Shown here in pieces: positions 1 to 13,787 of a DNA stretch of 64,000 nucleotides. Location: positions 20,398,001 through 20,462,000 of the forward strand of contig OZ024750.1 in the NCBI GenBank assembly GCA_964016885.1, written 5' to 3'. This stretch comes from Eledone cirrhosa (lineage: Eukaryota). Both the position numbers and the translations under genes were made by a program. Position 1 is the first letter of the stretch. Every line of letters begins with the position of its first letter. The notes under the pieces are model-generated. The model was not told where the DNA came from. It did not search any database and worked only from the letters and a program-made list of their open reading frames with translations.

Positions 1-1785
1 GACGATATTATTAGATAGATTGACGACTAGCTACATTCTGCTATACCCCTGTATTTGTAATGTATTTATGTAGTGAATTCCAACGGAATTTCCCATATCT
101 ATGCATATTAATTCCATATAAGTCTGGCTTTCCGATATTAGTCATCTTATATATCTAAACTGGATATTTTACTCAGTTATGTAACCAATTCACATCTCAC
201 AACCCCCCTGTCTTTGTATACCAAGGTATTTCTAAATAATAGCATTTACTGTTGTCTAGATATATCCCTTCCCGATAGACTAATAAAGTCGAGATACTAA
301 GTTGATTTCCCTATAATAAAATCACCATCACTGCTGAAGATTTTCTTAAACGCTGTATAAAGATTACATTCCAAGTTGCACTAATGGAAAACAAGTTTAT
401 CTTTCTTTTTACTCATTATTATCAAATAAATTAACACAGTAGCTAATTGAAGACAGATAAGACATTATCTGTAACAATGTGCCACTTAGAACAATGTTTA
501 TTGTGTTTTTCTTATTTTATGAGAATGTATTTATGGGGTTTCTCCTGAGAAAGTTATGCAATAAATTGACGCAAATTAATGGCAATAGATAAGGTTAAAG
601 ATTAATGACTTGGTATCAATTCCAGTCTGGAGAATATTAAATGCATTCAATTGAATGTTTGTGTTTATTAAGGAAACTTTCAAATTAACAGCGGTGAAAT
701 TGTTGTATAAGGAGAATGGTATAAGCGCTTGTAGACAACTAGACTTTTCATTTGGCGTTATTGTAATGCTTACCATAGTACAACAAAATCATATATATGC
801 ATACATTATTAACTATAAGAGCAAAATACCCACCTTTGCCTTATATTAAAAGACAGTGTTGGGTATATCTTTCGAAACAAGGAGGGAGGAAAACATAAAT
901 TAGGTGTTGCCCCGATTTCCAAACTTAGATTTATAATATTTGGAGAAATATAAGCCTGATAAGAATAGCGTTGTATCGCAACTAGAGATTTTCGTCACAT
1001 CTGATGATGTTGTAAAAGGGCCTTCATGCCACTTTAACCCGGTGCAGCATATTACACTCCAGGCCTAAAGACTATACAATAATAATTGTGATGTTACGTG
1101 AATTATTAATTACTGTGTTGGACTCGTGATCACAAGTTCGTCTTTAGCGGAAACTGAACGTGTCGTCCTTTATCAAGATGTTACATTTCACATTGCATTT
1201 AAGGATTAGACTTGGAACAATATCAGAAAGCCCAAGTAACGTTCTATTTGAAATAGCCCAGCAGGAGGCTCAGCAAAATCTCTGTAGATGTGGGCACTGT
1301 GAAAAACATATATAAGAGAATATATAATAGAGGAAGGGTCCATATCAATAAAGTTGAGAAGATGAGAATTCTGGATTTGATAGAATCTCGTAGGGGCCAA
1401 CTAAACATACATAGGTGTGGGCTATAACAACTACACGCTGGTTAGACTGGGGTTCATTTTATTTAAGCAATCAAGACAACTCATAAGAATTACAACATCG
1501 TGTTAAGGCAAGGTAAATATACGTTGGTTGGTGTGTATGATAGGAGTGGAGAATTTATTATTGAAAATCAGAGAAAACATTTATGAGATACAACATCGTA
1601 GAAGGCTAGCTAAACGTGCATAGGAGTGAGTTCTAAATTTCATTTTATCTTTAAAGATAACCAAATCTATTGAAACAAAATCTCAAACTTGGAAATTATG
1701 ACCATAAAATCTATTAACATTAGGTCGATGAATAACGAAGGCATACATACACACACGCACACACATACATGCATACATATACATA

Positions 1786-1824
<39 letters not shown>

Positions 1825-2505
1825 TCATATACACAGCGAGAGAAAACAAACTACATAAAAGCCACACAATACATCAAAGCACAACATATCCCCCATTATT
1901 ATAAGCCATAACAACTTACATCAACGGAAGTATGAACAGAAATGAATATGAGCAAACATCAAAGAGAAAAACCATATAAAATGGTATAAAACTGTAAATG
2001 TTGAATGTGACATTAATCGAAAGGTCGAAATATTTCATGAATTAAAATCAATAAAAAGATCTTCCTGCGGACAAACTGTAAGTCTCTTAAATATTAGACA
2101 TACCAATATCGTGGCAATAAAACTGACAATATAACCTAGAGTTGTCAAATATACACACGGAACGGATGCCGTCATTAATATGCACGAATTGAATGAACTT
2201 ATCTCTATTTCGTTCATTTGAGTAAGACTGCAAGTATTACTTTCTTAAGAGATATGCATAAATATCTAACCAAATAATATAGAAAAGGACCCACAATATA
2301 AAATGATTAAAAGAAAAAAGAAAAACCCTGTATCAACATTTTAATGTTAACGGAATGAAGAATAAAAACACATGACCTTAATTCCTGAGGGCCTCCTAGT
2401 TTACCCGGTCTATCATATGCAATTTACACCTGGCGGAGCCCAGGTAACTCCACATCTGAACATAGCCGCATGATGCCATATATATATATATATACATATA
2501 TACAC

Positions 2506-2600
<95 letters not shown>

Positions 2601-2796
2601 GTATATATATATTAGTTATCTGATAAACAACATAAGATAATTGTTTCATTTAATAATGTTTTTTTTTTGTAGACAGATGCTTATGTCTTTATTCGTCAGA
2701 ACAAACTAAAAAGCTCTGTAGCCTACATAGAGCACTCTCTTTCCTTTTACATTTCCTACGGAAATACTTCATTTATATATATATACATGTAAAAAT

Positions 2797-2840
<44 letters not shown>

Positions 2841-2940
2841 CTATGGACAGTCGATCGACTTTCGTCAACTCGGACCGAGGAAACAGTGTTTCCATGAGGC
2901 TTTCCAATTGATAATACTATCTATCGTTCGCAACTCCAGA

Positions 2941-3063
2941 TAGAAGCAACGTGATATAAAGTGTCTTGCTGAAGGACATAACGCATCGCCCGGTCCAGGA
3001 ATCGAAGTCACAATCTCCTGAATGGGCATCCAAATCTCTTACCACTCAGCCACGCATCTTCAC
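2941..3063 (-). mobile_element. tRNA-derived SINE head with CORE-like domain (SINE family B)
   Basis: Minus strand reads A-box TGGCTGAGTGG, B-box-like GACTTCGATTCC, then GTCCTTCAGCAAGACACTTT, resembling the CORE-type central motif. Confidence 0.7.
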
Positions 3064-3069
3064 TATATT

Positions 3070-3328
3070 GTTCATATCTCTCTGTCTCCCCCTCTCTCTC
3101 TTTCTATATATATATGTATATATATATACACACACACACGCACACACACATATATATATAGATAGATACATAGATATATATATAGATATAGATACAGGTA
3201 GATAGATAGATGGATAGATAGATGTATATATAGATAAATAGGTAGATATGTATATATAGATAGATAGATAGATAGATAGATAAAGAATGAGAGAGGAGCG
3301 AGAGTGAGATAGATATATATATAGAGAT

Positions 3329-3407
<79 letters not shown>

Positions 3408-3440
3408 TAGATATATAGATAGATACACAGAGAGGGAGAT
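3070..3440. repeat. compound microsatellite (TA)n/(CA)n/(GATA)n/(GA)n
   Basis: Directly visible simple repeats. Confidence 0.95.
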
Positions 3441-4535
3441 AATTATAATCCATCTGGCACTTTATCGACCTCGAAGTAATGAAAAGTATAGTAAACCTCG
3501 GTGGTAATCGAATTCACATCGCAGTGTGCCAGTTCGAATAGTATATTCTAAAGCATCTTTTGTGATGAAAGTAATTGTGTTCCATCAACCAAGTTGTAGA
3601 TACAGGGATAGTGGCAACACATATGTATGAAGGTACGCTGCAAAATATTTCTTCGTCTGATGCACGAATAAGAAGTTGCAGGTAGCACAGTGGCAATTAA
3701 CTCGGAATGGTTGACAAATATCCTACGAGAGACGTGTGTCCCCATGATTGAAGGTCACCCGAAAAGACGCGGCCTTCAACCCCTTTCAGGCGTTAAATAG
3801 TAACTCACCATGAGATAATTCCAATTAAAAATATCTACAATTACTCCCGTAATCAAATATAAGTACAGCAAACGGAAACAAGTCAGAACAAAAGTCGTCT
3901 CCATATAGAAGCAGTATGACGGATGAAACTGCCACATCGAAATCTCGAATCCTGTCTGCGAACTCGCTTCACGTATTAGATACATGGTCTGGAGTCGCTA
4001 GGGCTTCTAAGTAAGTCTAAAGCATTTTTTTTCTGAAGTTCTAATAAATCTGTCAGTTCGCTTACCATAAAGTACAGAGTAATTATTTTGATATAAATAG
4101 GTAAATGATATAAATCCTCTCTGTATTATTAGAGTTATATATGCCGTAATGTAGGTAAGTGTGAGCAGTCTTTGATTGATATGCAACGGTATTAGAACAT
4201 TCATTGTAATGTGAGTTAAAACCTTTCAGAGGTCAACATTTTCACGCATCCGTTCGAAATCGATAAGTAGTATGCTGCCAGAGCAGTACAGGGGTAAATT
4301 CCCCCCTCCTCATCCTCCTCCCCCTCCTCCTCCTCCTCCTCTCTCTCTCTCTCTCTCGCTTTCTCTCTCAAGATCTCACTGTCAATTTGTCCTTTCGAAA
4401 TCGGTTGTACACCGACCCTCTGAGGAATGGGATCCACCAGATCTAATTACTTCCCTAGGACTCCATAAAGTTTTAAGGGTCCAAGTATGTATATCTATGT
4501 AGACGATAAAAATTAGTAGTAGTAGTAGTAGTATC

Positions 4536-4604
<69 letters not shown>

Positions 4605-4608
4605 ATAA

Positions 4609-4824
4609 GGCGGTGGATTGGCAGTATCGGTAGAGGGTCGGACGCCATGCTTTGACGCAAAGAGTTACGGCCCTTTCCATTCTGAGTTCAAATCCTCCCG
4701 AGGTTAACTTTGCCTTTCATCCTTACGGGGTCGATAAAATAAAGTACCAGTAATACACTGGGTAATTTCTGGCCTTGTGCCAAAAGTAGAAACAATTGTT
4801 GGCCTTGTGCCAAACATAGAAACA

Positions 4825-4830
<6 letters not shown>
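4609..4830 (+). mobile_element. full-length tRNA-derived SINE (family A, Meta-domain-like core)
   Basis: A-box TGGCAGTATCGG, B-box GAGTTCAAATCC, core TTGCCTTTCATCCTTACGGGGTCGATAAAATAAAGTACCAG; 3' end GGCCTTGTGCCAAA..AGAAACAATT duplicated; flanked by (TTA)n; 9 related copies in window. Confidence 0.9.
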
Positions 4831-4855
<25 letters not shown>

Positions 4856-5940
4856 GTAGTAGTAAGAGTAGTAGTAGTAGTGATTAAATATAGCATTTGC
4901 TGTGTATCACGATTTGTAAATATCAACTGTTTGCTCTCACAAGATTTTTGTTACTGTAAATTTTCCCTGCTGCCTCGTTAATGGATTCCCATGATTATTC
5001 ACGCTAAACTATTATCGATTCTATTTAGAGGTCAACTATAAAGAGTGTGTTCTTTTAATGTTTTAACAATTTAATTTTTGATTCCACATTTCAATATTTA
5101 AATAGTTAATTTAGTTATACATTCCAAATATATGTGACATCTATTTCCTGTCATTTTCATGGTTCTTTTCAATGGAATTCATGAAAATAGCTTTGGCAAT
5201 AATTAGTTGATGGTTTCGTTCCTATATATTGGCAACAGGACGTGAGCCATTTACCATACGTTATGAGGGAAAGTGAGTAGACGGTAACTGTTTCAAAGCC
5301 GACTGGGTGGATTCTACATGCATTTCAAATGGAGAGCCTTGTCATACACTGTTTAGCATATTATCTCCCGGAATGTTCTGTTATGAATATTCGAGCCTTT
5401 TGACTGCCCAGCAGGCTATTCTCCATTGAACAACTGAAATACTCAATAATGAATGTCAATTATATTATAACTATTAAAGTCTATTTATTGGTTGCTGCAG
5501 TGTTTTCGCTGGTTGCTCTTCAATGTTAACATTTCGCTAGATTGTCCGATTGGCACAACTGAGAAACTGTCCGGTGGTGCGTACAATAGATATGGCTTCA
5601 TGCATTTTCCATATTTTCATATCGTATATCGAATTATGTTTTATGAATTTCACATATAATTTAAACCACACGATAATTAATTATTTTGATAAATGTTTAA
5701 TTCCAATATCTAAACAGTAATATGATTATTATTTTTTATGATTACTATTTGTTATCCTCAATTATATTAACATCAGAAGTTTTTGTATTACATGTTAACA
5801 CTGCATAACTTAGAACAGCTCTGAGAAATGTATGTTTGTGCAGTGTTATGTTATTTGATTCTGTTGATATATTTGTGCAGTATACAGTAATACAATTTCT
5901 CGTATCTGTCAGTGTGGCTTTTATCATGTAAAAAGTACCT

Positions 5941-6060
5941 GAATTCAAATCCCGCCGAGGTTAACTTTGTCTTTCATCCTTAAGGATTCGATAAAATAAA
6001 GTACCAGTAATCCACTTGGATAATTGCTGGCTTTGTGCCAAAAGTAGAAACAATTATTAT
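5941..6060 (+). mobile_element. 5'-truncated SINE family A
   Basis: Aligns by eye to about 4684-4800 from the B-box onward. Confidence 0.85.
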
Positions 6061-7243
6061 TAGAATTGTTCTTTTTTATCTTTTGGATCCTTTTGTTTGG
6101 AACATATCTATGTTTCTCTGTTAGAAATATTATTTTTGAAGATTTACATGTAAATACGAAGACATTTTGTATTTCTGTTCTTTGATTATAATATATAGTC
6201 ATTTGGGTTTGATCACCCATGTTTGTGTGTAATATGATACCTATTGTGGCGTATATCTATACAATATGTATTCTGTTGGCGTTTCGTAGTGTTGGCATAA
6301 CGTTCAGTATATTTAAATCTCAACTCTTTAATGCATATTCTTTTTTTACGAAGACTGAGCAAACAGATGTAAAATCGTTAGTAGTTTATTTTCCACCTAC
6401 ATGAATTCTGTAGTTTGTTGTTATATTCTGATTCATTATATATACTTGTAAATATTAGTTATGTGCTTTCAAACGTGTGCATCAATTATATATTCTATAG
6501 ATCTAACTACCAGCTCACACATCTCTTGATCTCGGTGAAATTTGATCTCAGAATGCCGAGAGCAGGAACAGAATCCACACAGCCGGATATATACACAACG
6601 TATATTTCTATTTTTCTCATAGTGTATATATTTTTACGTTGCCCAAAATAAATTTGCTACAGTAATTTAATCTAGTATAAACATTTTACTCCACATCAGT
6701 GATTCTAGCAAGATTTCAACCATCAAAAATATATAAAACATACATTTACATCACGATATTTTGTTTGAAGCTCCATAAATTAACAAATAAATAGAAACGA
6801 AAGACAATGTGATCGATTAGGTTCGGTTCAATGACATGATTGATGATTTCGGCTTTAAGATAACAAGAATTTTCAAAATAATTTGATTTGTCTTCAAACT
6901 TGTGCGTTCGCCATTTTGTTTTTAGGTCACCATCGTTACGGTAATGACCATAGCAAGCAAGCAAACTAATGGTGCAAGGTTTCTTTCTCCTGCAATGATG
7001 AGGTTTCAGTAGTTTGATATTCTACACTTGTTCATTCGAGATAATTATTTTATAATTATATTATGTCACATAATGTTTTTTTTTATACATATACATGTAC
7101 ATATATGCATATACAGACACACAGGCAAACACAGAGACTCACACACACACACACATACACGCGCACCAAAACACACACACTCACACGTATACAACTATAT
7201 ATATATCATCATCATCATTTTACGTCCGCTTTTCCCTGCTTAA

Positions 7244-7294
7244 AGTTTAAGCAAAGAATCCCTGCTTTCACCCTTTACCGGATCTTCTGAAACT
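7244..7294 (-). ncRNA. hammerhead-like motif, family E (CAGAAGA core), diverged copy
   Basis: Reverse complement AGUUU CAGAAGA UCCGGUAAAGGGU GAAA GCA..UGC UU AAACU. Confidence 0.55.
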
Positions 7295-7299
7295 AATAT

Positions 7300-7716
<417 letters not shown>

Positions 7717-8096
7717 CAGCGTATCTGTTTGTGTGTGTTTCCCATTTATTCTCGCTGGCGGCTGTTCGTCTGCTGTGGACAATATAGGACATGTTGTATC
7801 AAAAATTATTCTGTAATCTTACATCAAAGAGACACTGGACGGTAGACAGTTTTATTTTATATTAATCTCTTTATTTCATTTTATTATAAATAGATTCTAG
7901 TATCTAGGAAGGAAGTAGTATTATATATATTGAAGCTGGAATTCAGGTACTTTGTATATTTTTAATAAAGCAGTCTTCATTTATGAATATATTTGTAGAG
8001 ATTCGTATTTTTAACATAATTCTCTCCCTTGAGTATAACAGAGATCATTTAAAAGAATTTTTGAATACGTATATATATATATATATATTTATGTAT

Positions 8097-8127
<31 letters not shown>

Positions 8128-8215
8128 ATATACATATCTGTATGTATCATATATATATATATATATATATTTATATATTTATTTATTTATATATAAATGT
8201 ATATATACATATATG

Positions 8216-8362
<147 letters not shown>

Positions 8363-8368
8363 AGAATA

Positions 8369-8534
8369 TGTTTATCTCCGACGGCAGAGCTCAGGCCGTT
8401 TAATGCGGCCTTTTCAGAAATAGCCGCCGAAACGGCTTGAGCTCTGCCGTCGGGGTTAAACATTTTCATATTACCCACTCTACTGCCCTAAATATTGTGT
8501 TATGGTCCATCTGGTTCATTACCACACTTCTTTC

Positions 8535-8540
<6 letters not shown>
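8369..8540 (+). mobile_element. PLE terminal fragment, family C, with fold-back palindrome
   Basis: CCGACGGCAGAGCTCAGGCCGTTT...AAACGGCTTGAGCTCTGCCGTCGG palindrome followed by the ATTACCCACTCTACT... tail; embedded in (TA)n. Confidence 0.75.
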
Positions 8541-8575
<35 letters not shown>

Positions 8576-8635
8576 GGGTGAGTGTGTATATGTATATATA
8601 TATATATATATATACATACACACACAAACACACAC

Positions 8636-8714
<79 letters not shown>

Positions 8715-8719
8715 TATAT

Positions 8720-8860
8720 AGTAATAATAATGAATTTGAAGAGTAAAATCCAAAGAGGGCTCGATACGGATAAATATATATCAAATATATAAGAACCGTA
8801 GAGCAAATCTTTATTAAAATAACAGATTAAATTTAAGCAAAGAATCGGTGCTTTCAACCT

Positions 8861-8862
<2 letters not shown>
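8720..8862 (-). mobile_element. PLE pseudo-LTR 3' fragment, family E
   Basis: TTTGAAGAGTAAAATCCAAAGAGGGCTCGATA...GCAAAGAATCGGTGCTTTCA matches 38028-38190 and 63600-63745; flanked by (TA)n. Confidence 0.8.
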
Positions 8863-8956
<94 letters not shown>

Positions 8957-9837
8957 GAGAGAGAGAGAGAGTGAGAGAGTGTGTGAGAGAGAGAGAGAGA
9001 GGGACAGAGAAATGTGTGTGTGGGGGGGGGCATGTGTGTGTGTGGGGGGTGTATGTGTGTGTGCGTGTGTGTGTGTGGGTGTGTGTGTTTAAGCTTTGGT
9101 TCAAAACAAAAATGGCAAATATTGTATATTGATTTGGCGAGGCTGGTAAACAATCTACTTCGAAACCATGAAATTCTGTATTCGATTTCAACTGATGTAA
9201 TGTCGTGAAATTGAAATGTCTATATCCATGAATCATCCCATCTTATTTTAGCCGATCTAGCGTATATCGCACCTTAATGAGATTTTGGCGTAAGTTTAAG
9301 AAATTATATTTATATATATATATATATATATATTGCTATAATGAAGGTATATACTTTATCGATTATGGTGTTCTGTCGGTCGAAAAACTACAGCTACCAT
9401 CTCAGAAACCGACGGATGTCCTTTCTAACAGGACAGAGAGCATTTGGCAAATATTCCTCTACATATATATCAGCCATTATTTCTGCTCCAGCTTCTGACT
9501 TGATGAGTGACAACAATAATTACTATTTCCGTTACTATTCCTGGGAGCAATTATCCATTTTAACCGCCTGCTCATGTTGTTCTTATACAAACACAGCCAC
9601 AGGCATTTCTCCCTCACTATCTGCACCCCAACCACCGCGATATTTATACACTCTCATATGGATTTAAGCACAATGCATATGCATAGTAATTATATATATA
9701 TAAGTATGTATACGTACATACATATATGTATACAGACGTACAGTAGTATGTATATATATATATACATACATGCACACATATATATATATACGTATGGATT
9801 CACCGAACATTTATTATAATGCTCGGTGTGTTTGTAA

Positions 9838-10230
9838 AGACCCTCATGTATAGATAAGAAATGTATAACCTGTAAAATAAGCCCCCATATTAACTGTAAA
9901 ACTAGAAATGTAGTGTATAGCATAAGAGGTACTGAAGGACAATGTAGAGACAAAAATATAGTGTACATAGGTGAGACAGCTCGTAGTGTAGGGGAACGGA
10001 TAAATGAACACTGGCGAGACGTTCAAGATAGTAAAGAATCATATGTACTCTACCAACATGCTAAAATAGAACACAAGGGTAAATTAGAGAACATAGAAAT
10101 AAAAATAGAATCTACACACAGAAAAGACGCAATGTTTAGACAAATCACAGAGGCAATAAACATAAAAGAATTACAACCAAAATTAAATAGAAAATATGAG
10201 TGGAACAGCAACATCACAACTTACAATTAA
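9838..10230 (+). CDS. C-terminal GIY-YIG endonuclease of a Penelope-like retroelement (5'-truncated ORF)
   Basis: Open frame RPSCIDKKCITCKISPHINCKTRNVVYSI..C..IVYIGETARSVGERINEH..LYQH..RQITEA..I..LQPKLN, then stop; VVY/YIG, R, EH and H residues typical of PLE EN; upstream Cys-rich linker is Neptune-like. Confidence 0.9.
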   Translation, partial: RPSCIDKKCITCKISPHINCKTRNVVYSIRGTEGQCRDKNIVYIGETARSVGERINEHWRDVQDSKESYVLYQHAKIEHKGKLENIEIKIESTHRKDAMFRQITEAINIKELQPKLNRKYEWNSNITTYN

Positions 10231-10430
10231 GGACAACATGAAAACACACACACACATAGAACAAACAACCAACCAGTAACATGTAAATAAACAAATAAAT
10301 AAATGAACATAAACACACACAGACACACGGATGTGGCGCATGCGCAGACTGAGCACACAACACACACACAGAAACAAAATGGCGTAGGACAGAACAAAGG
10401 AGAAGCACAGAAACAAAGAAAGGAATCTCC

Positions 10431-10475
10431 AGTAACTGAAGAGGTCACAGAGTGTGTGACGAAAGAACTATGACT
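10431..10475 (+). ncRNA. minimal type I hammerhead ribozyme motif, family P1
   Basis: AGUAA CUGAAGA G GUCACA-GAGUG-UGUGAC GAAA GAAC UA UGACU. Confidence 0.7.
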
Positions 10476-10623
10476 ATATATAAACAACTATCTGGTTGTG
10501 GAACCAACCAACCAACCAGAAATTTATAAATTTATAAATTTATTATAAATTTATTATAATAAATTGAAGTGAAAGCAACTGGTGCGTGTGTTTCTTATTG
10601 GCAACATGACCCTCCCAAAGTAT

Positions 10624-10677
<54 letters not shown>

Positions 10678-10864
10678 TAGTGAAAGAGCACCCATAAAAT
10701 AATTACACAAAACACCATCATGTGAATGGGTAAATAGTGAGAGAAGTTACTCCCCCTGCCCTGCAGTAATAACACCACACGCACTTAAGCGGAGAGTGAA
10801 CTCTGAGGTGAATTTAACCTTAAATTCCCTCCTGGGTCGCGTATTGATCATTGTTTTGTTTTCC

Positions 10865-10909
10865 ATGCCCTTGATAAGCCCATTCTGGGCGAAACGTACG
10901 TAGGTGCAT
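10865..10909 (+). ncRNA. type I hammerhead motif with U3-A8 core and palindromic stem III (family G)
   Basis: AUGCCC UUGAUAA GCCCA-UUC-UGGGC GAAA CGUACG UA GGUGCAU; related 3' half GAAACGTACGTAGGTGC at 13681. Confidence 0.7.
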
Positions 10910-11000
10910 TGTTATATAAACATTTGTTAACGGTTTATACTCCTTGTATTCATTTATTTTATATATATATACATGTATATATACATATATATATACATAA

Positions 11001-11051
<51 letters not shown>

Positions 11052-11082
11052 TGCATATATATATAGATAAATATATACATAT

Positions 11083-11245
11083 ATAATTGTTTCTACTTTA
11101 GGCACAAGGCCATCAATTATCCAGTACATTACTGGTACTTTATTTTATCGACCCCGTAAGGATGAAAGGCAAAGATAACCTCGGCAGGATTTGAACTCTG
11201 ATTGTAAAGGGACGTAACTATGCTAGATACTGCCAATTCACCTCC
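11083..11245 (-). mobile_element. SINE family A with internal deletion
   Basis: Reverse-complement match to 4609-4800. Confidence 0.85.
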
Positions 11246-11329
11246 ATATACATATATAATAATATATATATATATATGTATTTATTTGTTATATTAAATG
11301 TTTCACACCCTCCTATATTTTGAACGCCT

Positions 11330-11830
11330 GGTAGAGCGATCCGCTAAGACACTTCTTCATGTTCTCTTTCTATGCATATTTGTACGATTTCCTTGGTTTA
11401 CACTGTTCTCTTTCCTCATCCACTGAACAAGTTACTTTTAAAAGATGTGCTTAGTGGTGCGCTCCTCAGTAATCTGGACAATATTTCAAAAATGACCACT
11501 ATTGTTTTTTACTAAATTATTGCCTTGGTGGTAAAAAGGGTTGATACAGCTAGATAAGCAGATTCCAGAGTCAATGGGTTCCATTGTATTTTCAGATTAC
11601 GGCGTAAATATTTTTGGGGAAATGGTTCCAAGTGCATGAAAGTGATGTTCATAACACGTCCAAGTTTATTATATGTGACCAAACACGAGGTTCTAGAATA
11701 CAAACGGATTTTACTGTCATTTGAATCCTTGTAAATAATTCTGAATCCAATGAATTATTCAAATGTCATAAGATATATGAATGAATCAACATTCTCAAGA
11801 AGATTAATTTTCACAATATACTGTATATAT
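11330..11830 (-). mobile_element. decayed RTE-like LINE ORF2 C-terminal fragment
   Basis: Minus-strand pieces in shifting frames: LENVDSFIYL, HLEPFPQKYLRRNLKIQW, NIVQITEERTTKHIF, KPRKSYKYA*KENMKKC; these resemble RTE motifs LE.V..F.YLG, LE.FH..CLR.IL.I.W and R.PK...R.R.KD. Confidence 0.75.
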
Positions 11831-12094
11831 ATATATATAAATTGGCAGCCATTACAATGCAGTTGAGGTGGTAAATATTAAGATATTAAGACAATATCGA
11901 GTGAAGAATAAAAAACGAGGTTGAGTAGAGTCTAGGATCAAAATGGAATATCAGGAAACAGACAATTCATGGAATCGAAGGTTTATCCAATATCCTGACA
12001 TAATTTTCCATAAGGATTCAAAAACTTATATATATAATTGTGTGTGTGTGTATGTGTGCGTGTGTGTATGTATATATATGTATATATGTATATA

Positions 12095-12420
12095 CGGGAG
12101 AGATGACCCCTTAGCCTTTGTCAATCAGAATTCTAGGAGAAGGAAAAACTCTGATATAACACCTGCAGCCCTGATGGTATCCAATGATGTTGACTTGTTC
12201 TTCTTTTTGGTAAATATCATCTTGGTTAAGAGAGTGGGACTGGCTTTGTGCAGTGCTTTTGCTCACTATAAAAGCTTCACGGTACAGGCATTGCTTTATA
12301 TCTGGAGATCTCTCTGCACTTGTCGTCACATGGTACCATGGGCCCAGCACTATGTGTCAATAATTGTCACAAGTGTAGTGTTTGTACCAGAGTTTTCAAG
12401 TCGCTGGACTAAAAAGTCAC
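12095..12420. mobile_element. possible highly decayed LINE fragment
   Basis: GC-richer island in microsatellite; CTAGGAGAAGGAAAAACTCTGA resembles RTE 5'UTRs; weak RT-like minus-strand peptide STAQSQSHSLNQD. Confidence 0.3.
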
Positions 12421-12955
12421 ACTCGTTCAGCGCATCGGTAGGGGTTCTCCTACACGGATATAAAGTAGTGGCCGTACTCGAAAACGAGTTGGCAGCCACC
12501 ATATATGTATATATGTCTATATGTATTTATGTGGGCTCCTCTCGTATACAGAAGTTTAAATCTATACCTTCCTTAAAGAATTAACATGTAATATTTGTGT
12601 GATTATTGTCGAAGTTCGTTCCGAAACCGCGAATAATAAACTCTGTGGAAATTGTTATATATTAAAGGTATGCATCATTAAATGTGATATCTGTTTAAGT
12701 ACTGAAATATATATGTATATACATATGGACACATGGAAATAGATTTCGGGAATATAAAATCCAACAACTATAAAATTTTGCAATCAATATAACCCACAAC
12801 AGTTCCCTTCACACCTTAAACAATATTATCTCCATCATCCCTAAAGACATCTCTCGTTTGACATATACATATAAACATTTACATGCATAGAAAAACACAT
12901 TTGCACATACTTATATGAATACGTGCTTCCTCACACACACTCGCATATGCACATG

Positions 12956-13037
<82 letters not shown>

Positions 13038-13219
13038 ATCTGAAGACAGCATATATATGTGTAGGTATGTATATTCCCACTGATAGTTTGTAAAACTTTT
13101 ACATAGATCTATATGATATACATACCAACCCACACATATATATCCTAGAAACGATCGGAAAATGATGAATTTGTTAATATAAGGAATTGTTTCTTTGTGT
13201 TTATTCGTTATTTTTATTA

Positions 13220-13253
<34 letters not shown>

Positions 13254-13547
13254 TGTGTGTCTGTGTATGTGTGGGTGTGTGTGTGAGCTCGCGTGTGTGT
13301 GTCCGTGTCTGTGTCTGTATATATATATATATAGTTGTTATATAGTAAGGTGCATTATTGGTTGTGTAAAATGTTCCAATAACTTTATGTTAGCAATATT
13401 AAGTTCTCCACGCTTTTGTATATCTCCAATTCCATTCGAGGGAACAGCTAGATGATGTACAACGGCTTCACAATCGATCTATCTCTTATTGAAACATGTG
13501 TCGTGATTAAATGATTGGAATTTTACCTTGCCTTCGGATTTTCATTT

Positions 13548-13599
<52 letters not shown>

Positions 13600-13751
13600 T
13601 ATTTACGTATGGAGAGAGAGAAAAGAAGGGGAGGATAGGTGATACATATAGTTATTTGCCAAGTAGCGTATGCCAAAGGTGAAACGTACGTAGGTGCTGT
13701 TTTAAATAAACATGTTTTAACGGTCTATTCTCCAATTTCTTACTTTCCCAC

Positions 13752-13787
<36 letters not shown>

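Larger units (their letters stand above)
9836..10630 (+). mobile_element. Penelope-like element 3' end (EN + pseudo-LTR), family P1
   Basis: GIY-YIG ORF followed by UTR with hammerhead, ending in (TA)n; homologous to 15630-16400 (-), 16435-16725, 34612-34945 and 46275-46550. Confidence 0.88.

Noticed and set aside
1-400. Possible decayed LINE endonuclease on the minus strand
   Set aside because: Only a GDF tripeptide amid many stops
2843-2880. Minus-strand GAAA-GUCGAUCGAC-U half-hammerhead
   Set aside because: No core, G at the cleavage position, single copy; insufficient support
4609-4700. tRNA gene
   Set aside because: A/B boxes belong to a multi-copy SINE head; no cloverleaf evident
11943-12584. 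213-aa ORF
   Set aside because: Runs through microsatellites and a probable decayed repeat; no domain
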